Under the pieces are notes generated by a model. That model did no database searches. It was not told where the DNA came from and was given only the letters and a program-made list of their open reading frames with translations. Of a stretch of 64,000 nucleotides of DNA, positions 9,633-19,815 are shown one piece after another. A program made the translations under genes and the position numbers. The stretch is from an uncultured bacterium (lineage in GTDB: Bacteria > Babelota > Babeliae > Babelales > Babelaceae). Every line of letters begins with the position of its first letter. The stretch's first letter is position 1. The DNA lies in the NCBI GenBank assembly GCA_963722385.1, contig CAVRKK010000002.1, positions 1,120,001 through 1,184,000 of the forward strand, read 5' to 3'.

Positions 9633-10895
9633 ATGAGCCCAGAAATGATGATTCAAATTTTGCTTGGGGAATTTTACGATAGGTTACGCCTCCTAAGTGA
9701 CCTTGTTGTTCGAGATATTGAGTTGCCCGTTGCTCCAGGTAAAATTAAAGTAATTATCGGTATGAGGCGGAGCGGAAAAACTTATTTTGTCTTCCAGCAA
9801 ATTTTGAAACTTATAGCTGAAGGTGTAGATCGAAATTGCATCTTGTATATTAACTTTGAAGATGATCGGTTGATGCCTTTAGATCAAGAAAAGTTGGCAC
9901 GCCTCGTTGATGCATTTTATGAACTCTATCCTGAAAATCACGAAAAAAAATGTTATTTATTTTTTGATGAGATCCAAAATGTAGATAATTGGCCTCTGGT
10001 TATTCGTCGCTTGAGTGACAGTAAAAATTTAGAGATCTATTTGACGGGATCCTCTGCCAAACTCTTGAGTAAAGAAATTGCAACAAGCCTGCGTGGTAGG
10101 TCGTTAGCTATAGAAATGTGGCCGTATAATTTTAGCGAATTTATGCGGGCAAAGAAAATGAGCATTGAGCGAGATTTGCATGATAAAAAAACGCAAGATA
10201 AATTGAAGCAAGCTTTTTATCAGTATTTATCGAGCGGCGGCTTTCCCGAGCTTATTTGGTTTGACGTTAACGCCCGAAGGCAAACTTTGCAAGAATACAT
10301 CGATGTGACGATTTATCGGGACATCGTTGAAAGGTATGCTGTTAAGCATCCAGCTACCATTAAGTATATGCTTTTGTCCATGATTCATAATATTAGCCGA
10401 CCATTTACGCTTAATAAATTTTATAATGACGTGAGAAGTCAGGGTCACCATGTCGGGAAGGACATTCTTTACGAATATGCGAGCTACATAGAAGACGCCT
10501 ATGTTGCTTTTTTGGTACCTATCTATGATTCGTCTCTTCGAAAAGTTCAAGTAAATCCGAAAAAAATCTATGCTATAGACCCTGGTTTAGTAAGATCGGT
10601 CACGCTCGACTATGATGGTGATTTAGGAAGACTGTTTGAAAATGTTGTTTATTTAGATCTTAGAAGACGGCGCGCTACAGCGAACTATTATCTAACTGCT
10701 GAACGCTATGAAGTAGACTTCGTAGCCCAGGCTCCTGATGGCCGTAAAAAGCTGTTGCAAATCGCATGGGACGTAGATAATCAGCTTACTTTTGATCGAG
10801 AACGCAGAGCTTTAGATGCCGGGATGAAAGAGCTGAAAATTGATGGAGAGATGGTAACGTTAGATTCATATCTTTATAAGGGTGTATTTAACTGA
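9633..10895 (+). CDS. AAA+ ATPase (AAA_14/DUF4143-type)
   Basis: GMRRSGKT Walker A, FFDEIQ Walker B, TGSS, GGFPE, KKIY..DPG, LFEN.V, EVDF. Confidence 0.88.
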   Translation: MSPEMMIQILLGEFYDRLRLLSDLVVRDIELPVAPGKIKVIIGMRRSGKTYFVFQQILKLIAEGVDRNCILYINFEDDRLMPLDQEKLARLVDAFYELYPENHEKKCYLFFDEIQNVDNWPLVIRRLSDSKNLEIYLTGSSAKLLSKEIATSLRGRSLAIEMWPYNFSEFMRAKKMSIERDLHDKKTQDKLKQAFYQYLSSGGFPELIWFDVNARRQTLQEYIDVTIYRDIVERYAVKHPATIKYMLLSMIHNISRPFTLNKFYNDVRSQGHHVGKDILYEYASYIEDAYVAFLVPIYDSSLRKVQVNPKKIYAIDPGLVRSVTLDYDGDLGRLFENVVYLDLRRRRATANYYLTAERYEVDFVAQAPDGRKKLLQIAWDVDNQLTFDRERRALDAGMKELKIDGEMVTLDSYLYKGVFN

Positions 10896-11022
10896 AAAAT
10901 TATATCGAGGAGTTACATGAGGGCCGTGCTTGGTTTTGCAAGGTCCCGTCTTTGCAAGAAACGATAAATAGTTTATTCTTAAGGTTATAGCAAAATAACG
11001 GCTATTTTTTACGTAATTTTTT

Positions 11023-11114
11023 GGAGAGATGGCTGAGTGGTCGAAGGCGGCTGCCTCGAAAGCAGTTATCCTGAGAAATCGGGATCGTGGGTTCGAATCC
11101 CACTCTCTCCTCCA
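11023..11114 (+). tRNA. tRNA-Ser (anticodon CGA)
   Basis: GGAGAGA/TCTCTCC acceptor stem, anticodon loop CT-CGA-AA, long variable arm, GGTTCGAATCC, encoded CCA. Confidence 0.96.
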
Positions 11115-11131
11115 TATTCAGGATTGCTTTT

Positions 11132-12448
11132 ATGGTTAACGCGCGGATTCTCATTTTTCTTCTTATCAGCGGGATCTCGTGCTCCATCGTTGGTATGACG
11201 TTTGATAATCGTTTTTTCCCACTGCTTGATAAACCTATCTTGCGGCACGATGATGTTCATTTTTTCTTTAGAGCTCAACCCTTTATTATGTTTGCGGATG
11301 AAGCTTCTTTACGAGATGAAGAAGACCGGGAGGGAGCGGGTCTTTTTGATGGCGAGGGCAAATTCTTCCAACATCACCTTGATAGTGCATTAGGGGAGCT
11401 TAAAAAATCGTCGAAGGAGCCTTTGCGGCCGGACTTGGCAGCGGAACTCCAGCGTGCGACCTGGTCATTTCCTGGGAGGCTTGATGCTGCTGGTGTAGCA
11501 TTGCGCTGGTATTATCGGCTCAATCCAAATTGGGAGATTGGTGGTTCCTGGCTTTTTATAGGCGCACGGTCCCGGATTGACCGGATATTGCGTGAGGGTG
11601 AGCTTCTTTTGACCGATGGTGACAGGCGTGATCTTGAAGCATCACATGAGCTATCAATGCTGCTCAATAAAACCAAATCAGCACTGTGGTCTAAGGTTGG
11701 CATCGGCGATCTTGACCTCTATGTGCGGCTCGGGATGCTCAAGCACTATTTCCTGCGCTTTAAAACATTTGACGCAGGTATTAAGCTTGGTGTTATAGCT
11801 CCTCTTGCCGAACGTCGTGACATTTTTAATGCCGCATCGCTGCCTTTTGGAGGGAATGGGCACTGGGGCTTCTATGCCGATGCTGCCGTCCATACTGAGC
11901 TCAAAGACGACCTTTTTGCAGGACTCAATGTGCGGTTTATTCAGCGGTTACCACGTACGCAAACGATACGAATTCCCCTTCGTTCTGATAGCACAAAATC
12001 TGCGCAACCAGATCTGGACAAAAATGAAAAAGATACTATTGTGATTCCTCAAGGTGTTCCTTTAAACTTTAGTCCAGCAATAGGATTAGCTCAGGTTATA
12101 CCTGGCTTTACCTTTGTGTTTGCGCCCTATGTAGGGCTTGGAGGAATACGCGATGGTTTTGGAGCACAGTTGCAATATACCCTTATCATGCATACTCATG
12201 ATAGTATACATGATAGGAGGCATCAGCCTGCTGCTCCTCTTGACGTTGAATTTTTTAAGTACCGATCAGAATGGGCGAGAGAATATATAACATTTAGTAT
12301 CTTGTATGATTTTGCTCAAAATAAGGAGTATCGCGGCAGAGCACCGCTTTTATCGCTGGATGTTGACTTTCCTGTAGGATTTTTAGCAAGCAAGCAGTCG
12401 TTTAAAACCGTTGGAATCTCATTACGAATCGAGTCTGACTTATGGTAA
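11132..12448 (+). CDS. Secreted protein, possible outer-membrane beta-barrel
   Basis: Signal peptide from ATG 11132; alternating hydrophobic strands; aromatic C-terminal residue. Confidence 0.55.
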   Translation: MVNARILIFLLISGISCSIVGMTFDNRFFPLLDKPILRHDDVHFFFRAQPFIMFADEASLRDEEDREGAGLFDGEGKFFQHHLDSALGELKKSSKEPLRPDLAAELQRATWSFPGRLDAAGVALRWYYRLNPNWEIGGSWLFIGARSRIDRILREGELLLTDGDRRDLEASHELSMLLNKTKSALWSKVGIGDLDLYVRLGMLKHYFLRFKTFDAGIKLGVIAPLAERRDIFNAASLPFGGNGHWGFYADAAVHTELKDDLFAGLNVRFIQRLPRTQTIRIPLRSDSTKSAQPDLDKNEKDTIVIPQGVPLNFSPAIGLAQVIPGFTFVFAPYVGLGGIRDGFGAQLQYTLIMHTHDSIHDRRHQPAAPLDVEFFKYRSEWAREYITFSILYDFAQNKEYRGRAPLLSLDVDFPVGFLASKQSFKTVGISLRIESDLW

Positions 12449-13491
12449 AGCTTTTAGCGCGGCGTGTATTTAATTTTTTCTCTAATGATCTTGCTATAGA
12501 TTTAGGAACAGCAAATACGATTGTGTACGTTCCCAATAAGGGTATTGTGCTGAATGAGCCGTCAGTCGTTGCTGTTAAAGCGCACACGAACCATGTTTTA
12601 GCAGCAGGGCGTCGTGCGAAGGAGATGCTTGGCAAGACCCCTGATAGCATTGTCGCCTGTCGTCCCATGCGCGAAGGTGTTATTGCTAATTTTGAACTTG
12701 TTGAAAGTATGATCCGCTACTTTATTAAAGAAGTAAATGGTAATCGGCGCACGCTTGCCAAGCCACGCATGGTTATTGGTGTGCCTTCAGGAATTACGCA
12801 AGTTGAGCGGCGTGCAGTCGAAGACTCAGCGCGTAATGCTGGTGCTGGCGAAGTACATATCATTTCGGAGCCGCTTGCTGCAGCAATTGGGGCAGGGCTT
12901 CCTGTTCATGAGCCAACGGGTAGCATGATCGTTGATATTGGCGGTGGAACGACCGAAGTGGCCGTTATTACGCTCAAAAACATGGTATTTTGCCGATCAG
13001 TACGCGTTGGCGGTGATGAGATGGATCGGGCTATCGTTAATTACGTGAAGCGTAAGTACAATCTTTTAATCGGCGAGCGCACTGCTGAGATGATCAAAAT
13101 AAGCATTGGTACAGTGATGCCTGGTGATCAGCATGAAAGTATCGAGGTAAAAGGACGGGATCTGATGGCGGGCATACCGAAAATTATTCGATTAAGCAGC
13201 CCTGAGGTCCATGAAGCGCTGCTGGAAACGGTTTCGAGCATTATTGAGGGTGTGCGTGTCGCACTTGAAAATACCCCGCCTGAGTTATCATCTGATCTTG
13301 TTGATAAAGGTATTGTTATGGCTGGTGGTGGATCGCTGCTGCGTGGGCTGGACAAGCTTATTTCACATGAGACGAGCCTGCCGGTGCATATTGCTGATAA
13401 TCCGCTCTTATGTGTGGTGAATGGTGCCGGGCGTGTGCTCGAAAACTTGGATTTCTTCCAAGAGGCTTTGCTTTCTTATGGACCGCGCTAA
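12442..13491 (+). CDS. mreB: Rod shape-determining actin-like protein MreB
   Basis: DLAIDLGTANT, EPSVVA, VDIGGGTTEVAVI, AGGGSLL. Confidence 0.97.
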   Translation: MVKLLARRVFNFFSNDLAIDLGTANTIVYVPNKGIVLNEPSVVAVKAHTNHVLAAGRRAKEMLGKTPDSIVACRPMREGVIANFELVESMIRYFIKEVNGNRRTLAKPRMVIGVPSGITQVERRAVEDSARNAGAGEVHIISEPLAAAIGAGLPVHEPTGSMIVDIGGGTTEVAVITLKNMVFCRSVRVGGDEMDRAIVNYVKRKYNLLIGERTAEMIKISIGTVMPGDQHESIEVKGRDLMAGIPKIIRLSSPEVHEALLETVSSIIEGVRVALENTPPELSSDLVDKGIVMAGGGSLLRGLDKLISHETSLPVHIADNPLLCVVNGAGRVLENLDFFQEALLSYGPR

Positions 13492-14287
13492 AGCGAGCCG
13501 GCATAGGCATGGTGAGGCCCACGGCATACGTTTAAAGAAGCAGTACGGGCAGCACTTTCTACGCGATCAATTGGTTGTTGACGATATGCTCGTGGCCGTT
13601 AACCTCAATGAAAACACCAACGTTTTTGAGATCGGGCCCGGCGATGGCTTTTTGACGAGGTCGATATTGGCCAAGCCCGTCAAAACTTTGTGGGTTTTTG
13701 AGATTGATCCTGATTGGGCTGCGTATATAGGTAAGGAATATGCCGATTGCCGCTTGACCGTTTTTTCTCAGGACATTCTCGCCTTTGATTTTAAGCAGTT
13801 TGAGAGCTTAAGCCCGTGGGTTCTTTTGGCCAATCTCCCTTATCAAATTACGTTTCCGCTACTTAAGCGTTTAAAAGAGCACCGTGCTCTTTTACGTGAG
13901 GGAGTGATTATGGTACAAGAGGAGGTCGCGCAAAAAATTGTAGCAGAGCCCGGTGACAGCACGGTGCAATCCATTTTCTTTTCTTATTATTTTACGTGGA
14001 AGCTGTTGCGTAAGGTACCGCCTACGGCATTTTACCCGCCCCCTCAAATATATTCACGCTTGCTCTACTTTAAGCCAAAGACTAATCTGGCTCCTATTCC
14101 TGACGAAGAGCGCTTTTGGCGCTTTGTTAAAATATGCTTTGCCCAGCGCCGGCGTACGCTCAAGAATAATCTAGCATCAACCCATTATCCATTACAGGCT
14201 ATACCCCAAGAGTGGGCTCGCGCACGAGCCCAAGAGCTTTCGCTTGCAGACTTTTTGAACCTGTGGAATATCCTCAGGAAGTATTAG
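13478..14287 (+). CDS. rsmA: 16S rRNA adenine dimethyltransferase RsmA/KsgA
   Basis: KKQYGQHFL, EIGPGDG, ANLPYQIT, MVQEEVA, F.QRRRTL.NNL. Confidence 0.95.
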   Translation: MDRAKASRHRHGEAHGIRLKKQYGQHFLRDQLVVDDMLVAVNLNENTNVFEIGPGDGFLTRSILAKPVKTLWVFEIDPDWAAYIGKEYADCRLTVFSQDILAFDFKQFESLSPWVLLANLPYQITFPLLKRLKEHRALLREGVIMVQEEVAQKIVAEPGDSTVQSIFFSYYFTWKLLRKVPPTAFYPPPQIYSRLLYFKPKTNLAPIPDEERFWRFVKICFAQRRRTLKNNLASTHYPLQAIPQEWARARAQELSLADFLNLWNILRKY

Positions 14288-14406
14288 CAACTGACATACT
14301 TTTATCTCCAATTGAACAAACTATTGCAAATATAAAATTAAAAATGTTATATATTATAATTGAAGATTTATTATTGAAACAAATGTTAATGTTAAGGAGA
14401 AATAGC

Positions 14407-14856
14407 ATGAAGAAAACTAATGTTTTAACCTATCTTTTAATTTCTTTAAGCATATTCTTTCTATCGGATGCTCAAGAGTGTGCGGTACAAAGTGGCCAGA
14501 CAACGGCAATTCAGGTGCGAGGTCAGGTACAGCCACAGATCAGCTGCACTGATTCAACCATGATTTTAACACCCCCTGATGGATGCTGTCCACCTGATAA
14601 GCCACTCTATGATGCTACCAATCGTGTATGCTGCTCCAAAGAAAATTTTAATGAGGACACTAAACAGTGCTGTGGTGGATGTGGGCACTATAATGCTGCA
14701 GAAAAAACATGTTGTTCTAACGCATATAATCCTACAACCAAGCAGTGTTGCCCTTCAAAGTATCCTACATTTGATCCCAGCAATCATAAATGCTGTGGAA
14801 AAGTCTCAAAACGTCTTCCTGGTGGCATGACAGCGCTGGTACGTGTATGTGTGTAG
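14407..14856 (+). CDS. Secreted Cys-rich protein with tandem [YF][ND]xxxxxCC repeats
   Basis: AGGAG RBS, signal peptide, repeats YDATNRVCC, FNEDTKQCC, YNAAEKTCC, YNPTTKQCC, FDPSNHKCC. Confidence 0.75.
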   Translation: MKKTNVLTYLLISLSIFFLSDAQECAVQSGQTTAIQVRGQVQPQISCTDSTMILTPPDGCCPPDKPLYDATNRVCCSKENFNEDTKQCCGGCGHYNAAEKTCCSNAYNPTTKQCCPSKYPTFDPSNHKCCGKVSKRLPGGMTALVRVCV

Positions 14857-15085
14857 GTACTTAATGCATCATGAAGCATGTGTTACCAAAGTCGCTAAAA
14901 ACGCTACTTGTCCCACGAATTAGTTACAACCAGTTTGGGCTTGGCGAATATAAAGTAAGCTTATCCCAGTATTTGAGTCGTAATCAAATCAGGACCAATT
15001 AGGAGCCGTTACTGAGATGCTTGGCTTTAGCTAATTAAAACAAGCAAAGTATCCACAGATAATACCAGTGAGATTAGAAAAGCTT

Positions 15086-15129
15086 CCCCAAGGAATGAGT
15101 AAAACAGCTGTTTTACTCATTCCTTGGGG
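15086..15129. repeat. Perfect 44-bp palindrome without spacer
   Basis: CCCCAAGGAATGAGTAAAACAG|CTGTTTTACTCATTCCTTGGGG between convergent genes. Confidence 0.95.
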
Positions 15130-15205
15130 TCATAATATTATCTTAATGTAAAAGGTTGCGAATGGCGAAACTCGGAAACGTTATGCAAAAAGGATCATTG
15201 AGGTT

Positions 15206-16315
15206 TCAGGTTGACATAAAGATATTTCCGAATTCCTTGCTCAGTGAGAGACGAACTAGGCGTGATAATGCGATAACGGTTCGTGGCTCGCCATACGCGT
15301 AGGCATTCTTGCCCTCAGAATCGACGAGGGTAGCATCGGCGCCTCTTTCTACTAAAGCTTCTATGAACGGAATGTTATTGTCAGCTGCGGCCATCATGAG
15401 TGCTGTTCTGCCTCCGATATTGGTCCTGTTAACGTCGATCCGACTATCTGCTAAGAGAGCCGTAAGTATATTTGCGCGATGGTGACTAACGGCATAGTGA
15501 AGTGCGGTATTGTTACGAGCATCGGGAGCATTAATATCGAATGGATGACCATGAGCCTTCATATATTTTAGTAAGGCTTGCAAGAGCTCGGCATCATCAG
15601 CTTCTGCAGCGATTATGTGCAGAAGTCGCGAGGCATAGCTCGTTAACATTTCTTCAAGCGAATTCGAGTCTCTTGAGCAATTCTTTTCTTGCAGGAGAGC
15701 ACGTAGGAGCTTAATAATTATACGTCGTGCAGTGGGTTTATTATCATCGTCAACCGCGTCAAGAATGTAAAAGGCAAATGCGAGCGGCGTCTTGCCTTCA
15801 AGCTTTGTAGTTATGTAAGCCCCTGCAGCAAGGAACATATCAAGGAGATCCTCATTCTGCTTTTCGATTGCCTTAAATAGTGAGTGGGTGTCTTCATAAC
15901 GATTATAGAGTTGGCCCCGTGTAGATAAAATCAGCTGTATAATAGACACGTCGCATCCCGATATAACCGCCCAATGCAAAGGAGTTTTACCACATTTATC
16001 CCCTTGGCGAGCTAAGTTTGGCAGGTAGGCGAAAATTTCTTGTAGGAATTCAAGCGCCCGTAATTCTATATGATCCCTTAAAAATTGTTGCTGCTGCTCA
16101 AGGGATCGCCCTTCAAGATTAGATCTTACCATAAATTGGATAAAATTTTTCCGCTTTATGGCCTGTTCAGCTACGCTCTCCGGCGCTAAAGGCTTGTTTG
16201 CTCCTGAAATTGATTCTACTTCTTCATTCTCTTCGTCATGTTCCATTGGCCGCGCATGATAGGCGAGCCCAAGACTAGCCAGTAAACATGCCAAGAAAAA
16301 TATTTTTTTGCTCAT
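15206..16315 (-). CDS. Secreted ankyrin-repeat protein
   Basis: Signal peptide; GKTPLHWAV, NTALHYAV, GRTALMMAA. Confidence 0.88.
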   Translation of the reverse strand: MSKKIFFLACLLASLGLAYHARPMEHDEENEEVESISGANKPLAPESVAEQAIKRKNFIQFMVRSNLEGRSLEQQQQFLRDHIELRALEFLQEIFAYLPNLARQGDKCGKTPLHWAVISGCDVSIIQLILSTRGQLYNRYEDTHSLFKAIEKQNEDLLDMFLAAGAYITTKLEGKTPLAFAFYILDAVDDDNKPTARRIIIKLLRALLQEKNCSRDSNSLEEMLTSYASRLLHIIAAEADDAELLQALLKYMKAHGHPFDINAPDARNNTALHYAVSHHRANILTALLADSRIDVNRTNIGGRTALMMAAADNNIPFIEALVERGADATLVDSEGKNAYAYGEPRTVIALSRLVRLSLSKEFGNIFMST

Positions 16316-16602
16316 TGGTCACCCTCTAAATAAAATATTCTATTATTTACTCTACCAAAATTAAATTCAATGAGCAAATTTTATTGATTGAGTGGCAAGC
16401 GGATTGCTTGATCAATTGAGATCAAGCGTCTCGTACTTGAGCACGCGAGCCTACCTGCGGTGAAACTCGCAAAAGCTGAGAAATGTAGCTTCTTTGGGGT
16501 AGCCCGTAAGCAGAAGTAGAATTTATCAATTTATAATAAATATTTACTTTAAACTTATTGATTTAGTACTATTTTATTATAGTTTGCATAAGCGGAGGGT
16601 CT

Positions 16603-17595
16603 ATGACATCATATAAATATAAAGTACTCATAGCGCTTTATAGCCTGCTGTTCTTTTTTCGTGGAGTTTCTAGCCTGGATGTCTGGATTTTGCCTGATGA
16701 GAATATACGCTATAATGCAACGTGCTTTTTAACGAGTCACAATGCCTTTGCTAATTTTAATGAAGGCTGGGGCCGCTATATGATGCAGACCTGGAGTATT
16801 GAGGAGCAGCTTGACCATGGAGTCCGTGGGCTTATGCTGGACGTATTTAATGCTGATGGGTCAATTGTGATGTGTCATGGTGGCTGTGGTCCTCTACAAA
16901 CGGTGCAAAAAGGGGTAAGAAAGTCGATTTATTCGTTATTTGAAAAGCATGAATATAAAAGGTTTTCAGAGACGCTTAAAGTTGTGAAAGAGTGGGTAGA
17001 GAGGCACCCAGCTGAGATAGTTACCATTTTTCTTGAAAACAGGGTTGACATCCAAAAGCTCAATGATGAAATTAAGTCAGTTGAGGGACTTGCGCCTTTT
17101 GTGTTAACCTTACGTGAATGGGACCCGGCTGATTATCAAGGTTCTTGGCCACGGCTTGCTTGGATGAGAAATACAAATAAGCGGATTGTTATTTTTAATG
17201 AGGATAAGACGGGTTCAGGCCTAAAAATGTACGGCGAACCGGTGCTGAAAAAATATCTGTTTTATTACGGCTGGCACTATATCATCGAATCACAATATGG
17301 GACGGTTGACCCAGATAAAGCATGCGTTGAGAGGACCGATTCTCAAGAATATAGGAATATTCGACGCACGATCTATGTGCTGAATTTTTTTAGAACATTG
17401 GCAGGCCCTCTGGCTCAGAGTGTTACTGATAACTCATATGAAATGCTTAAGAAGACGGTGCAACTTTGCCAATCGCGCAATTTGGCTCATGGCAAGACAC
17501 CTAATTTTATAGCACTTGATTTTGTAGAAGAAGGGAACGCTATAAAACTCATAAACGAGCTTAATGAACGAAAGAAAATAGAGGGGAAGGCATGA
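16603..17595 (+). CDS. Secreted PI-PLC X-domain-like phosphodiesterase
   Basis: LTSHNAF, QL..GVRGLMLD, CHG, P.EIVTIFLE, PNFIALDF motifs; signal peptide. Confidence 0.85.
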   Translation: MTSYKYKVLIALYSLLFFFRGVSSLDVWILPDENIRYNATCFLTSHNAFANFNEGWGRYMMQTWSIEEQLDHGVRGLMLDVFNADGSIVMCHGGCGPLQTVQKGVRKSIYSLFEKHEYKRFSETLKVVKEWVERHPAEIVTIFLENRVDIQKLNDEIKSVEGLAPFVLTLREWDPADYQGSWPRLAWMRNTNKRIVIFNEDKTGSGLKMYGEPVLKKYLFYYGWHYIIESQYGTVDPDKACVERTDSQEYRNIRRTIYVLNFFRTLAGPLAQSVTDNSYEMLKKTVQLCQSRNLAHGKTPNFIALDFVEEGNAIKLINELNERKKIEGKA

Positions 17596-18557
17596 TGAAA
17601 AAGCGTCTGATTTTTTCTATAGCAATGCTTAATTGCTTATATGCGCTTGGCCAGAATCTGCAGCGAGATGGTACCGGAAGAACGCTTCTACATCATGCCG
17701 TTGGTCTTAGCAAGGAAGACGTAGATGAAGCCATTAGAAAGGGATTTTCGGTCCATGATCAAGATATGAGCGGCAATACTCCTTTGCACCTAGCGGTAGC
17801 CTATGGCAAACTACCGATTATCAGAGCGCTTCTACAGAAGGGTGCTTTGGTAAATGCTTGCAATAAATTTCAGGATACACCGTTACATATAGCGGCTTTT
17901 CACGGTACAAGTTCTGTAATAAAAACACTTCTCGATGCAGGAGCACGGGTGAATGCTCGCAATAGTCATAAGAGCTCCCCTTTACATGAAGCAGCGCGGT
18001 TTGGCAACGTTGGTGCGGTTAAAGTCCTGCTTGATCATGGCGCCTTAGTCAATGAACTGGATGAGCATGGTCGTACGCCATTACACCTTGCTGCTGGCCA
18101 AGGCAGCGGTGCTAACGTTTTACTTCTTATAAATCATAAAGCGGCAATTGATGTGCGGGATAGTAAGGGGAAAACACCGCTTATGTATGCTCTTGCCTCA
18201 AATAATCTAAAAATAGCTGAAGACCTTATCCGCACCTATCATGCTCAGGGTGCTTGCCAGGATAATCAAGGTCATGGTGCTCTTCATTGGGCGGCTTATA
18301 GAAGCGCATTGCCTATCGTGAAAGCTCTGGGCGAACAAGGGGTGTCAATGGATATTGCCGATTGGCAAGGTCTGACGCCGCTCCACTGGGCAGCACGGTA
18401 TTCGTCAGCCCCTGTTATCAGGTTATTGGTTGCTTATGGTGCTACCTGTCATGCAAAAGATAAAAATGGCTATACCCCCCATGATCATGCGGTTCAGTAT
18501 GATAGGCCCTATGAAATTAGGCAGCTTTTTAATCAGTGCTCAAAAATAGAAGGGTGA
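17592..18557 (+). CDS. Secreted ankyrin-repeat protein
   Basis: About 9 TPLH-type repeats; overlaps the PLC stop (ATGA). Confidence 0.92.
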   Translation: MMKKRLIFSIAMLNCLYALGQNLQRDGTGRTLLHHAVGLSKEDVDEAIRKGFSVHDQDMSGNTPLHLAVAYGKLPIIRALLQKGALVNACNKFQDTPLHIAAFHGTSSVIKTLLDAGARVNARNSHKSSPLHEAARFGNVGAVKVLLDHGALVNELDEHGRTPLHLAAGQGSGANVLLLINHKAAIDVRDSKGKTPLMYALASNNLKIAEDLIRTYHAQGACQDNQGHGALHWAAYRSALPIVKALGEQGVSMDIADWQGLTPLHWAARYSSAPVIRLLVAYGATCHAKDKNGYTPHDHAVQYDRPYEIRQLFNQCSKIEG

Positions 18558-18567
18558 GGCGGATAGT

Positions 18568-19239
18568 ATGCAATTTTTTAATCGATTGCGTGAAACGTTT
18601 ATTCTTAGCTGGACGTTTTGTCGTGTTCCGGCGAATATTATTTACGGCGTATGGCGAGTGCTTAAGCTGCCTCAACCATGTGTAAGCATTTTTGGCGGTA
18701 CGCATGTTGAGCGAGAGAGCCCTTATGCCGCTCAAGCGCATCGAATTGCGGCGATGCTTGTCAAAAATAATATTTCGATACTAACCGGGGGAGGCCCTGG
18801 CATCATGGAAGCGGCCAATTGCGGTGCTGCAGAAGGCCAAGCAAATGGCGAGTCATACACGATGGGCATTACGGTCAAGGGGTTTAAGGGTGAGCCTGCC
18901 AATATGTGTACCAAAGGTTCATTGCTTGTGCTTCGGTACTTTTTTGCACGAAAATGGCTGTTGATCAATTACTCCATCGGGTTTGTTATATTTCCTGGAG
19001 GGGTCGGTACCCTTGATGAGCTCTTTGAACTTTTGACGCTTATTGTCACAAAGCAGCGGCCTCCGGTGCCTATTATATTATTTGGCACAGAATTTTGGAA
19101 GCCGGTTATGGATGTGCTTGATCGAATAGGGGAGCTAAAACTCATTAATCCCGTCACTTTCTCCCTGATCACGCTGACGGATAATGCTGATGAGGTCGTG
19201 GATATTTTAAAATACTATTGTCTCAAGTGTAATATTTAG
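18568..19239 (+). CDS. LOG-family nucleotide phosphoribohydrolase (TIGR00730-like)
   Basis: TGGGPGIMEAAN.GA, YFFARK, FPGG.GTLDELFE. Confidence 0.92.
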   Translation: MQFFNRLRETFILSWTFCRVPANIIYGVWRVLKLPQPCVSIFGGTHVERESPYAAQAHRIAAMLVKNNISILTGGGPGIMEAANCGAAEGQANGESYTMGITVKGFKGEPANMCTKGSLLVLRYFFARKWLLINYSIGFVIFPGGVGTLDELFELLTLIVTKQRPPVPIILFGTEFWKPVMDVLDRIGELKLINPVTFSLITLTDNADEVVDILKYYCLKCNI

Positions 19240-19246
19240 AAACGCT

Positions 19247-19441
19247 ATGTTTAATCCTGTTACCAAGCAGTGTTGTCCTCGAGGCCAAACATTCAACACC
19301 TACGCGGTGGGCGGCAGGAATGTTTTCGCAAACACTCCTGCACCTCGTGCGCCAGGAGCTCTTGGACCCTACGCTCCGAACTCCCTTGCTCGCATATCAA
19401 AGATATGCTACGCGCAGTCAGACAGGCGGAGCTACTTATGA
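19247..19441 (+). pseudogene. Remnant related to the Cys-rich repeat protein at 14407
   Basis: FNPVTKQCCP..TF matches YNPTTKQCCP..TF; no signal peptide. Confidence 0.45.
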
Positions 19442-19815
19442 CTTTTTTCTATAGCGTACCCAATCGGGCTTGCTATAACCTCGTTTTACATTGTTTTGCT
19501 TAAAAGAACAGAAAATCAGGGTTACCAAAATTACGTCTGAGTAGTTCAAGACACTCTTCTTTTCGTTGCTATACAAGCCGATATTTGCAAGTATTATTAT
19601 AAAAAATTATTTGCAAAAAAGCTTATTGGGCGGTACCCTATCATTTGCAATCCAAGCCTTATTGATAAAAATGATTTTGCAGTTGTCAAAACATTAGGTC
19701 TGAATATTTAATATATTAGGTTGAGAAAAATTTCTTTTTTGCCGCGACGTAGCAGGCTATGAGCTTTAAATAGGTTGAACTCACGCTTCTCAAACAAATA
19801 ACAAATGCTAATCCT

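Noticed and set aside
11023..11114. tRNA-Ser as an island attachment site
   Set aside because: No integrase and no duplicated tRNA 3' end found in the window.
16400..16520. Intergenic hairpins such as GCTTGATC..GATCAAGC as a possible ncRNA
   Set aside because: Short stems, single copy, no recognisable family.
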